Positions 1 to 7,438 of a stretch of 25,527 nt of DNA are shown in pieces. The DNA is taken from positions 1-25,527 of IMG/VR virus record IMGVR_UViG_3300048886_001052; one strand, written 5' to 3'. Position numbers and translations under genes: made by a program. The notes beneath the pieces were generated by a model that saw only the letters and a program-made list of their open reading frames with translations, did no database searches and was not told the DNA's origin. Source of the DNA: a virus. Taxonomy: Duplodnaviria > Caudoviricetes. Within the stretch, counting starts at the first letter, position 1. The number at the start of each line of letters is the position of its first letter.

Positions 1-324
1 AAATTTTCCTTTTAAAATTTGTTCTGTATGATTTATGTTTGTTAAAGGATATTTTTCTATATCGTATAATGCTTCAGTTATTGGAAGCAAAGCTGTTTTG
101 TCAGCGGTAAGAAGAATATCTACAAGACCGTTAGCCGCATCATAAACTACGGGGTCTAGATTGATTAAGGCGTCAGAATTAGCGTCGGAATACTTTCTTT
201 TTACAGCACCCCTCACCTCATACCCTGTTAAATCAACTACGTTAGAGGTACAATCCAAAACCTCTATTCTTACGTTAAAAGTGGATCCTTGTGTGATGTC
301 TAAGTCTACAGTCGCCGCGTTCAT
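1..324 (-). CDS. Partial (runs off window) phage virion structural protein, BppU-N/LtfC-like beta-sandwich adaptor family
   Basis: Not in the ORF track. Manual translation from ATG at 324 is open to the window edge: MNAATVDLDITQGSTFNVRIEVLDCTSNVVDLTGYEVRGAVKRKYSD...NGLVDILLTADKTALLPITEALYDIE...ILKGKF. The DLxIxQGxTF...DLTGY...LTAxxT...YDIE pattern is common in phage structural proteins. GTGTAA motif 11 nt upstream. Confidence 0.75.
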   Translation of the reverse strand, partial: MNAATVDLDITQGSTFNVRIEVLDCTSNVVDLTGYEVRGAVKRKYSDANSDALINLDPVVYDAANGLVDILLTADKTALLPITEALYDIEKYPLTNINHTEQILKGKF

Positions 325-335
325 ACATTATATAT

Positions 336-341
336 TTACAC
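336..341 (-). promoter_or_regulatory. GTGTAA upstream motif (putative phage promoter element)
   Basis: Minus strand reads GTGTAA-ATATATAATGT-ATG(324), with no Shine-Dalgarno in between. Confidence 0.55.
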
Positions 342-375
342 GCGAGCGGGGAAATAATACTTTTTTTTTATGTTA

Positions 376-783
376 TTATCTTCCCTCAGACAAGATTTTT
401 TTTACTTTTAAAGAGGGAGGGTTACCGGGGTCAGGTTGTTCTAGCGGCTTTTTAAAGTTAGAAACATACTTTTTGAATTCAGTAACGAGCTTATTAGTAA
501 GAGTTACCCTGTCGTCAATGGGTACAAACCCGACAAAACGAGCGTGAGACTGTAGGTCAGACTTGTTCATTTGGTCTATTTGTTTAATATAATCATTTAC
601 GTCGATTGTTCCATACTTAGTATGGCCCGTGTCTCCCCACAATTGGTCAAGAGTAGTTGCCTGAACTTTTCTTTCGTCTTTCCCGTGGGTTTCAGAAAGG
701 GCCTCAAGGGTCTTTTTCTTGGCTTTTGCTTCGCTTTTAGGTTTGCGACCTCTTTTCTTTGTCGGTTTTTTCTTGTCTGTCAT
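376..783 (-). CDS. Hypothetical basic protein, possibly nucleic-acid binding (AT-hook-like N-terminus)
   Basis: 135-aa ORF directly after the capsid terminator. N-terminus KKKPTKKRGRKPKS; helical C-terminal part (MNKSDLQSHARFVG) loosely resembles Rho-N/helix-extension-helix modules. Confidence 0.75.
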   Translation of the reverse strand: MTDKKKPTKKRGRKPKSEAKAKKKTLEALSETHGKDERKVQATTLDQLWGDTGHTKYGTIDVNDYIKQIDQMNKSDLQSHARFVGFVPIDDRVTLTNKLVTEFKKYVSNFKKPLEQPDPGNPPSLKVKKILSEGR

Positions 784-790
784 AACTTAT

Positions 791-818
791 ATTCTATTGG
801 ACTTCTTCAAAAAAACAA
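791..818 (-). promoter_or_regulatory. Putative sigma70-type promoter giving a leaderless transcript
   Basis: Minus strand TTGTTT(818-813)-16 nt-TAGAAT(796-791)-7 nt-ATG(783). Lies just downstream of a terminator, so the gene needs its own promoter. No SD. Confidence 0.45.
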
Positions 819-828
819 ATATTTAAAT

Positions 829-854
829 AAAAAAACCCCCGTCCGAAGACGGGG
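829..854 (-). terminator. Rho-independent terminator after the major capsid gene
   Basis: Minus strand CCCCGTC-TTCG-GACGGGG-G-TTTTTTT: 7-bp GC-rich stem, cUUCGg tetraloop, U7 tract, starting about 23 nt after the stop at 878. Confidence 0.93.
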
Positions 855-877
855 ATTAGATTAATCATGTTTATGTA

Positions 878-2005
878 TTACAGGATTAAGCCCATAATTG
901 CACGAGAATCGATACAAATACGGCCCTCTTCGAGGAATCCATAGAAACCAGTCTTTTCGACACGGCTTCCGTACATGTTGAACTGCTCATCGGGAAGAGC
1001 TTTGAATGTTCCATCGCCACCACTATCGTGTTGACGGGCGACCGGGCGAATAAATGCGCCGCGAGTGTTATCAAGTCCTACAAGGATCTGATGTGTGTCG
1101 TCAGCGAATTCCGTTTGTACGGTATCTGGATCATCAACGAACCAGTCTTTAGTACCGGCAAAGTCGTCGAACAACGTGTTATACTTTTTACCTACACCGA
1201 ACTCAACCAACTCAACGATGTTAACACCGTAAATTGATTGCATGCCCGCGTTATGATAGATGTCAGAACGGATGTTGTCCGGCAACGTCTGATCAAAGGT
1301 CTTAGATTCGCCAATTGTGTTAATTGGGTTATAAGCAAACGCGCGGATTCCTTCCTTAACCTCGGGGCTGACATACAAGTCAGTGATTCCACTGGAGTAA
1401 GGAGCAATCGGAGTATTACCCGAGAAAGACTCGTTAATTCTCTTATTGCGCGTCATCAGTTGATTCAGATGAGTCAAACCGAAGGTAGCGCCAGCATCAA
1501 GGATCACGTGCTTCAAGTCGTTCGTTTCTGCCTCGGCAAGAGCCTTCATGATAACTGCCCAAGCATTTCTTTCTTGCTTAACAAGAATTTCTTGAGCCAT
1601 TCTCTCGATAGCTTTGCTTACAACGTCAAGACGCATTCTGCGTGCATAACGCTTGTTGAAACTGACTGCCGAATCTAAACGATATGTGGCAATCTTGATT
1701 TCTTTCATGCCTTCGACTTGTGAGGTCGGGAGGCCACCAGCCATGTGTTGACTCCATACTGATACGTATCCCGGTCCTTCGCCATAATATAGGTCGAGAG
1801 GATAACTGGGGCTGTCGTCTTCGTCAAATGCCGAATCAACGTAAATTTGACTTGCGGTTCCAGCGGTGTGCAAAACTTTTTGAATTACTGGTCCAAGAAA
1901 AGATGCAAATGCTTCCTGCGCTTCGCGAGATACATTAATATCTCTTGAGCCCATTGCTTTTACAAGCTCTACTTGCTCTGGAGTGTTTTTCAATTTTAAT
2001 TTCAT
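878..2005 (-). CDS. Major capsid protein (HK97 fold inferred)
   Basis: 375 aa; last gene of the protease-decoration-capsid run; AAGGA SD; strong terminator follows. C-terminal GFYGFLEEGRICIDSRAIMGLIL resembles the terminal strands of HK97-type capsid proteins. Confidence 0.8.
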   Translation of the reverse strand: MKLKLKNTPEQVELVKAMGSRDINVSREAQEAFASFLGPVIQKVLHTAGTASQIYVDSAFDEDDSPSYPLDLYYGEGPGYVSVWSQHMAGGLPTSQVEGMKEIKIATYRLDSAVSFNKRYARRMRLDVVSKAIERMAQEILVKQERNAWAVIMKALAEAETNDLKHVILDAGATFGLTHLNQLMTRNKRINESFSGNTPIAPYSSGITDLYVSPEVKEGIRAFAYNPINTIGESKTFDQTLPDNIRSDIYHNAGMQSIYGVNIVELVEFGVGKKYNTLFDDFAGTKDWFVDDPDTVQTEFADDTHQILVGLDNTRGAFIRPVARQHDSGGDGTFKALPDEQFNMYGSRVEKTGFYGFLEEGRICIDSRAIMGLIL

Positions 2006-2031
2006 GTTAAAATTTCCTTTTATTTAGTTGT

Positions 2032-2607
2032 TTACAGTTCCAACTTGATTAGTACCAAGTTTCCTGCGGGATCTCCAAGGGTCTTGCCGACGAGAGTCTC
2101 ATTGCCACCATGCACTTCAAAGCCACCGTTTGCTGCCGGGGCCAATTTGGTTCCGGCGCTGGCTGCTCCAAGGGCGGTTGCAAGAGTTGCGTCTTCGATC
2201 AGGAAAATTCCTCTTGTTACGAGGGGCACTGCCTGCCCAGCGATACAAGCTTCCAATTCGCTAGCTTTTCTTGGGTTAAATTTCAGTTGTTCCCCGTTCT
2301 CGTCTCTTTCAGCTACGTGAAATAGCGTCATTCCGAGTACGGCATCAGTATTCGCTGCGGTGACTTCGACTTTCGCCTTTACACCGTAACGTTCGTGAAC
2401 GACTCCGGGAATTGTCATGGTCCCGGCTTCGCCGAGCATTTCAATTTCATCGTCGTTTTTCCAGCCATTCGCTGATAGCTTAACCAGAGTTCCGTGTGAT
2501 ACACGGGAGTCCCAGCCTGCGCTAAGGTCGATGCCTGTAAGGTCGAGGGCGTATAAATTAATTACGTCCTTCTCATCATAATCTCTAAATGGTCTTAGTT
2601 CTGCCAT
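2032..2607 (-). CDS. Head decoration/cement protein (putative)
   Basis: 191 aa, Gly/Ala-rich predicted beta protein between protease/scaffold and capsid, the position of lambda gpD-like genes. Motifs VLGMTL and GQAVPLVTRGIF; AAGGA SD. Confidence 0.65.
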   Translation of the reverse strand: MAELRPFRDYDEKDVINLYALDLTGIDLSAGWDSRVSHGTLVKLSANGWKNDDEIEMLGEAGTMTIPGVVHERYGVKAKVEVTAANTDAVLGMTLFHVAERDENGEQLKFNPRKASELEACIAGQAVPLVTRGIFLIEDATLATALGAASAGTKLAPAANGGFEVHGGNETLVGKTLGDPAGNLVLIKLEL

Positions 2608-2629
2608 AATATTATATTCCTTTTAGTTG

Positions 2630-3274
2630 TTAATTAGTTTCAAACTGATCAATGTCAAAGGCTTTTCTATACTTTTCCAAAAGAGTTTCCTCTTCTGCTT
2701 GGATAGAATTGGGGATTTCGGTGCTTTCTTTTTCTCCGGCGTCAACCGCAGTTTCGACTACCTCATCCTCGTTAGAAGCCTTAACTTCTTCAGTTTCCTT
2801 GGTTTCTTCAGCCTTTTTGGCTGCTTCAGCTTTTTGAGCCTCAATAATTGTTCTTGTCTTATCCTTAAGAAGGATGTTAATTTTCTTCTGATAAGACGTA
2901 AAGTCTTCATCATTCATATCTTTAATGTCGGAAGCGAGAACTTCGCGATCTTCATCGTTCAATTCGTACTCTTCGTCAAGTAAAGCCATGCGCTCGTTGA
3001 ATTTTGCTTCAGCTTCTCTTTGTGTCTTCTCTTCTTCGAGTTGTGCTAAAGTTTTCTCAACGGCCTCAAACTTTGTATTAAGTTCCTCATGGTCCTTAGC
3101 AAGTTCTTCGCGCAGTTGTTTTGCTTCGTCAAGCTCTGTCTGAAGTTTGGCTTTCTCTTCAGCAAATCTTTCAGAAGCGGTTTTTAGCTCTTCCTCGATG
3201 AAGTCAGAAACAACAGTAGCCTCGACTGTTTTCAACAAGTCGTCTGTAATATCGTTAACTGATTTAATTTTCAT
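2630..3274 (-). CDS. Possible nested in-frame scaffolding protein (internal start Met286)
   Basis: In-frame ATG at 3274 preceded by AAGGAG (3292-3287) and ATGTAA (3303-3298), at the boundary between linker and coiled-coil region. Confidence 0.45.
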   Translation of the reverse strand: MKIKSVNDITDDLLKTVEATVVSDFIEEELKTASERFAEEKAKLQTELDEAKQLREELAKDHEELNTKFEAVEKTLAQLEEEKTQREAEAKFNERMALLDEEYELNDEDREVLASDIKDMNDEDFTSYQKKINILLKDKTRTIIEAQKAEAAKKAEETKETEEVKASNEDEVVETAVDAGEKESTEIPNSIQAEEETLLEKYRKAFDIDQFETN

Positions 3275-4129
3275 AATATGATTACTCTCCTTTAAAATTA
3301 CATTTAAATTGGATTGTTGTGAAATATTATCGGAAGTTTTGGTATCTTTTACCAAATTTTTTTCTTCTTTTTTTTCTTCGACATCTGTAGTTGCTTCTGT
3401 TAGTACACCCTGTACATCAGCAGCAGGAGTTTCAGTTAAGCCAATCCCAAGGGGAATAACTTCACCTATAACCTGCCTATACGCTTTGGTGTTTTCATCT
3501 ATAACCCCAGAGCCTCCGAAAGCTTTTAAATGTTCTCGCAGCTCTTCAACCCTCTTTTCTTCTGCGATAATTTCTCCATTTTCTATATTTTTTTCATCGT
3601 TTTTAAGTAAAACAACGTTAAAATCTGAGAAGCCCAGTTCCCAACTAGCCGATACGCTTAAGTAGTTTTCGCTAGTTGGATCGCTCGCTTCCTCTATTAG
3701 TGCCGCCAAGTCGTTGTTTACTACCTTCCAAAAAACCCCCCCTAAAGTTATATTAAAAGGTACTAAACCGGCAGAAATTTGTTCTTTTGTAAGAACTGAA
3801 TCTGTTCCAAATTCACTAAACCCAGCAGTAAGGATTACTCCTACTACCTTATCCCTGTTGTGTTCAATGTTAATTGGCTTGTTAATAAAATTCTCATAGA
3901 TTTTAGCGGCGGTTTCCGTATCGATTACGTCGCCATTTTTGTTAACCCTGTTAACTACGCAAGCGTTAAAGGCAATGGGGAGAAGGTCTATGTTTTCTTG
4001 CGTGTCAACTTCCGGGATAAATTCCCCTATGTCAGCAAGACTAGCTAGAGCCAAGTATTTGTCCTTTTCTTCAGGTACAAGCGGCCTAATAGCTGAGCTA
4101 AAAATTGTTTTATATTTAAAGTCTTTCAT
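2630..4129 (-). CDS. Prohead maturation protease fused to a coiled-coil scaffolding domain
   Basis: 499 aa. N-half has NKNGD...FINKPINIEH (candidate catalytic His) and SVSASWEL (candidate catalytic Ser); C-half is an E/K-rich coiled coil. Lies upstream of decoration and capsid genes. Confidence 0.78.
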   Translation of the reverse strand: MKDFKYKTIFSSAIRPLVPEEKDKYLALASLADIGEFIPEVDTQENIDLLPIAFNACVVNRVNKNGDVIDTETAAKIYENFINKPINIEHNRDKVVGVILTAGFSEFGTDSVLTKEQISAGLVPFNITLGGVFWKVVNNDLAALIEEASDPTSENYLSVSASWELGFSDFNVVLLKNDEKNIENGEIIAEEKRVEELREHLKAFGGSGVIDENTKAYRQVIGEVIPLGIGLTETPAADVQGVLTEATTDVEEKKEEKNLVKDTKTSDNISQQSNLNVILKESNHIMKIKSVNDITDDLLKTVEATVVSDFIEEELKTASERFAEEKAKLQTELDEAKQLREELAKDHEELNTKFEAVEKTLAQLEEEKTQREAEAKFNERMALLDEEYELNDEDREVLASDIKDMNDEDFTSYQKKINILLKDKTRTIIEAQKAEAAKKAEETKETEEVKASNEDEVVETAVDAGEKESTEIPNSIQAEEETLLEKYRKAFDIDQFETN

Positions 4130-4133
4130 GATT

Positions 4134-4448
4134 TTACGATGGTAAATGCGCAGGAACGTCTTTAAGATAATAAGTAATTGTTATGTCTGCGGATCCATTA
4201 GCGTATACGCTAGACCCGACAGGAACCTCAATGGGGGAAGTTAAATTAGTAGCGCCGCTTACAAAATATGCAATTAGCCCCACTCCATCGGCTGAAGTAC
4301 CTAGGCTGCCTGTGCCTGATTCCACGAGGATGTCGCATATTACTATGCTCTTATTTGGTCCTCCTGAAACAATTAAACCTCCGTTTACTCCCCCTGTTCC
4401 ACTTGAAACAAATCCTGCTTGCGGTCTTCCTGTTTCTCTGAAATACAT
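4134..4448 (-). CDS. Small beta-rich protein, paralog of the N-terminal domain of the 1544-aa protein; probable virion component
   Basis: 104 aa, AAGGAG SD. Aligns by eye with residues 1-102 of 8627..13261 (SIVICDILVESGTG vs SIVVCDILVSSGSG; PIEVPVGSSVY vs PIIVPKGESVY; ITITYY vs ITVTYY). Confidence 0.8.
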   Translation of the reverse strand: MYFRETGRPQAGFVSSGTGGVNGGLIVSGGPNKSIVICDILVESGTGSLGTSADGVGLIAYFVSGATNLTSPIEVPVGSSVYANGSADITITYYLKDVPAHLPS

Positions 4449-4458
4449 AATTTACTCC

Positions 4459-5304
4459 TTAGTAGCTGCAAACACCGCCGCTACAGTTTCCTTTTGTCAG
4501 TTGATCTGGGGTTTTGTCTAGCATGTCTCCCTTTTTCCAAGTCTTTCCAGCGTTAGTACATTGGTAGGCGACAGTTACCCCTTTATCTCCGGGAATCTTG
4601 TTGAACTTTTTGACAACCCCCTCGCTTTTGAAGTGAGTGCATTTAGGGTTAATATTTTTAACGTTATCCCCTACTTTAAGGTCACCGCCATATCCACCTG
4701 AAATTTTTTTCCAAAGTTCTGAATAATTTGATTTACTCTTTTTCTTGTTTAGCCACGGCGGAAGCTTCTTGCCGTCTTTGCCTTCTTCTTCCTTGTCTCC
4801 CTTTTTGCCATTTTTCTTGTCGTCCTTCTTGTCGTTTTTCTTATCATCCTTCTTGTCACCCTTTTTCTTTAGGAAATCGGGCTTCTTAGCAAGAGAAGCG
4901 GGGGTAACTTGATGGTCTACTTCTCTAAGCTCTACCGCGAGATGCGGCATGTCTTCCATTGTTCTGTCGGAAGTGTGCTTAGTTACAGTTTCTGCGGGGG
5001 CTTTGTCTGGGTCCCATTGCGGGTCAGCAGCGATAGAGTCTGCTCCAGATAGCTCGGGAAGGACTTTGATCAAGCGGTGCTGATTGTCAAAGTTTGTAAA
5101 TTCATCTTTTCCTTCGTCGCCCCAGTCGTATCCCAAATGTTTTAAATAATTTTTAATTTGTTCCTCGCTGGAAAAAAGAACCTTTACATAACCGCCCGAT
5201 TCTTTCTTAGCAAATAGCGCGTAGCCTTCTGCTGTTGGGAATGGTTTATGTAATACATCTTTTTCTTTACTTTCTTTAATTTGTCCTGTGAAATCAATTT
5301 CCAT
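4459..5304 (-). CDS. Hypothetical head-region protein with Lys/Asp low-complexity tract and small C-terminal SH3-like beta domain
   Basis: 281 aa; KKGDKKDDKKNDKKDDKKNGKKGDK tract, KKLPPWL motif, C-terminal LKVGDNVKNINPKCTHFKSEGVV. Confidence 0.75.
   Translation of the reverse strand: MEIDFTGQIKESKEKDVLHKPFPTAEGYALFAKKESGGYVKVLFSSEEQIKNYLKHLGYDWGDEGKDEFTNFDNQHRLIKVLPELSGADSIAADPQWDPDKAPAETVTKHTSDRTMEDMPHLAVELREVDHQVTPASLAKKPDFLKKKGDKKDDKKNDKKDDKKNGKKGDKEEEGKDGKKLPPWLNKKKSKSNYSELWKKISGGYGGDLKVGDNVKNINPKCTHFKSEGVVKKFNKIPGDKGVTVAYQCTNAGKTWKKGDMLDKTPDQLTKGNCSGGVCSY
4801..4870 (-). repeat. Degenerate 12-bp coding repeat (KKxD units)
   Basis: Plus strand ...tttttcttgtcgtccttcttgtcgtttttcttatcatccttcttgtcaccc...; encodes about 6 KK[DGN][DG] units. 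Confidence 0.6.
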
Positions 5305-5322
5305 AATTTTTTGTTCCCGCTG

Positions 5323-5835
5323 TTACCACTCTAATTGAATGGGTTTATATTCTAAGTATAAATTTTCTATATCTTCATATTCGTATTTTAGGTCGTTTTT
5401 CTCTATTTCTTTTTGAGATTTTTCAAAATCCTCCGAAGAGGGGGACCAGTTTTCTGATACGTCAATGAAGTCCGACGCTCTTTCTACTTTCTTATCCTCT
5501 TCTAGCTCCAGCTTTGTAGCTTTAATGGTTTCAGCGCTTTTTTCCGTTAGCATCTTGCCTCCAGATTTTAGCCTCAAAAACATATGTACTCTCGCTAAAG
5601 CATATAAATTAAGATCTTCCGCCCTTTGAACCTTAGCAAGCCTTGCTCCATGACAATACACTTTTTTAAGGTTATCCACCGTTAGGGAGACTTTGTGGTC
5701 CTTTTTGAAGTCTTTCGCTAGAGATGAAAAATAACCAACAAGCTTGGCTGAGAACGCAATGCTCTCTTCCTGCTCGCTTCTTTTAGCCTCTTCAGGGGCC
5801 TCGCTACTTAATCCTTCTATGTCTAATTTCTTCAT
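5323..5835 (-). CDS. Hypothetical protein, divergent DUF5824-like helical domain
   Basis: 170 aa. LKKVYCHGA...YALARVHMFLRL resembles the LxxVYxRG...WAxARVxxFL pattern I recall for DUF5824-like viral proteins; family assignment is tentative. Confidence 0.6.
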   Translation of the reverse strand: MKKLDIEGLSSEAPEEAKRSEQEESIAFSAKLVGYFSSLAKDFKKDHKVSLTVDNLKKVYCHGARLAKVQRAEDLNLYALARVHMFLRLKSGGKMLTEKSAETIKATKLELEEDKKVERASDFIDVSENWSPSSEDFEKSQKEIEKNDLKYEYEDIENLYLEYKPIQLEW

Positions 5836-5862
5836 GAAAAAAACTCTTCCCTACAGATATAA

Positions 5863-5868
5863 ATACAC
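5863..5868 (-). promoter_or_regulatory. GTGTAT upstream motif (putative phage promoter element)
   Basis: Minus strand A-tract-GTGTAT-TTATATCTGTAGGGAAGAG...ATG(5835); intergenic, 27 nt before the start, leaving room for an SD-like AGGGAAG. Confidence 0.5.
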
Positions 5869-5913
5869 TTTTTTTATTAAAATCGATTCAATAAAAATTA
5901 ATAATTATTAGCT

Positions 5914-6417
5914 TTATTTCTTGATGAGGTATATTTCTTTAATAATCGTCTCTTTTCCAAAAAATGTTTCGATATTTTTATCTATGGGAAAGCACATCCA
6001 GTGATAATTTAGGGTGTTCTTTTTTCTTGTTAAAATCAAGGCCGTGTCTTCGTTCTTGTCGAGCTCTTCTAAGCCCCCTATATTGACGATGCTAAACCCG
6101 TGTTTCTTTAAAATACTTTTTAATTCGGATGGAAACGTGATTCTTCTACCCTCTATACTGAAGACGCAAGCCACTTCTCGAAGGAGGTTGGCGCAAGAAG
6201 GGCTACTTTGTATCGTGTGACTAATGCTTTCTTCGTCAATATAAATTCCAAATTGAAGAAAAGCCTTATGAAGCGCCTCTGGACCACAGCTACGTACGTG
6301 ATAGGGGTCTAAGTTCTTAGCTCTTTGTTCCTTAATGTAGTCCGAGGTCCTTGAGCTTTCTAACAGTCCACAGCTCGACATAAAAAAAGTCAAAAGAAGA
6401 GCTATGGTAAACTTCAT
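5914..6417 (-). CDS. Predicted lipoprotein with C39-like cysteine peptidase domain
   Basis: 167 aa. Signal peptide II-like MKFTIALLLTFFMSS-C; SCGPEAL (candidate catalytic Cys) and YHWMCF (candidate His), matching the C39 CGPxAL...HW pattern. Confidence 0.7.
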   Translation of the reverse strand: MKFTIALLLTFFMSSCGLLESSRTSDYIKEQRAKNLDPYHVRSCGPEALHKAFLQFGIYIDEESISHTIQSSPSCANLLREVACVFSIEGRRITFPSELKSILKKHGFSIVNIGGLEELDKNEDTALILTRKKNTLNYHWMCFPIDKNIETFFGKETIIKEIYLIKK

Positions 6418-6427
6418 ACATAATTGA

Positions 6428-6433
6428 TTACAC
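6428..6433 (-). promoter_or_regulatory. GTGTAA upstream motif
   Basis: Minus strand AAAAAAG-GTGTAA-TCAATTATGT-ATG(6417), inside a 25-bp intergenic gap. Confidence 0.55.
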
Positions 6434-6442
6434 CTTTTTTAA

Positions 6443-7435
6443 TTAATTTTGATTTTCTAAAACTTTTAAGAGTTGGGTTTCTTTCTGTATGATCTCGAAC
6501 TGAGCCAACTTTAGATCCTTAAGCTCACGGATTATTGCGGCTTTGGTTCTTTCTGTGGATGGTTCTTCTGGGCTGGGTGGGGGAGAGGAATCTAGGGAAT
6601 TGGGTATTTTATTTTCTTCAACTTTTCCAGATTTTAAATAGTTCATAAACATTCTAGAATATCGGAAAGTTTCTATGTTTTTAATTTTGACTATCTCATG
6701 GAGACCGCGATAAGCTATATTTTCCCTAAGATTTACATGGTTAAGCAAAAGAGCCTTGACTTTTCTTTTTTCCATGGAATCAGGCAATAAGATATTCTGG
6801 TTTGACAAAAACTTTTCGACACTAACATTTAAAACCTTATAATCTCCCTGAAAATATTCGAATGCTTTTAGTCGGTATGAAAGAATTTTAAAATAAATTT
6901 CTAAATTTGTATTTTTATATAAGCTTAAGAACTCTTCTTCACTTTCTAAGAGGTTTTCTTTTGTTGCCGATAAGTAAGAAACATAATCACCCATGCCGCA
7001 AAAATCTAAATCAAACAACCCCACAGACTCAAAGAAAGTTCTATGCGCGGCCATACCTCCCCAAGACGTGGACTCTCCTATTTTTACTAGCTTGTGGCTG
7101 TCTAGTAATTTTGAAACTTTATTTGCCCAGTCATCCTCCCTAATTAACATATCGCAATCCATCCATACAAGCTTTGTGTATTTCGGGGAAACCTTTGAAG
7201 ACAATACATTAATTGCATTTTCTCTTACCCATGTTGGCACATAAACAGTTTCAGAAAAATAGTTATCTTTACAGAACTTTCTAATCTTCGAAGAGTCTCC
7301 CTCCGCTAGGATTTCTATCACGTATAGAGCAACGCCTTGTTTTTCCAAACCTTCTTTAAATTTTAGAAAGCCTTCAAGCCTTAGGGGGTCATCGTCAAAA
7401 TCTAAGAAAGGCGCGATTACTGCTATATCATTCAT
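6443..7435 (-). CDS. Glycosyltransferase-like protein (GT-A fold, DxD)
   Basis: 330 aa. WVRENAINV...YTKLVWMDCD (DxD), later GGMAAHRTFFESVGLFD...GMGD. Pro-rich linker and coiled-coil C-terminal tail. Confidence 0.62.
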   Translation of the reverse strand: MNDIAVIAPFLDFDDDPLRLEGFLKFKEGLEKQGVALYVIEILAEGDSSKIRKFCKDNYFSETVYVPTWVRENAINVLSSKVSPKYTKLVWMDCDMLIREDDWANKVSKLLDSHKLVKIGESTSWGGMAAHRTFFESVGLFDLDFCGMGDYVSYLSATKENLLESEEEFLSLYKNTNLEIYFKILSYRLKAFEYFQGDYKVLNVSVEKFLSNQNILLPDSMEKRKVKALLLNHVNLRENIAYRGLHEIVKIKNIETFRYSRMFMNYLKSGKVEENKIPNSLDSSPPPSPEEPSTERTKAAIIRELKDLKLAQFEIIQKETQLLKVLENQN

Positions 7436-7438
7436 TTT

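Noticed and set aside
5899-5910. Perfect palindrome TAATAATTATTA in an intergenic gap
   Set aside because: AT-only in an AT-rich spacer; too weak for a terminator and plausible by chance.
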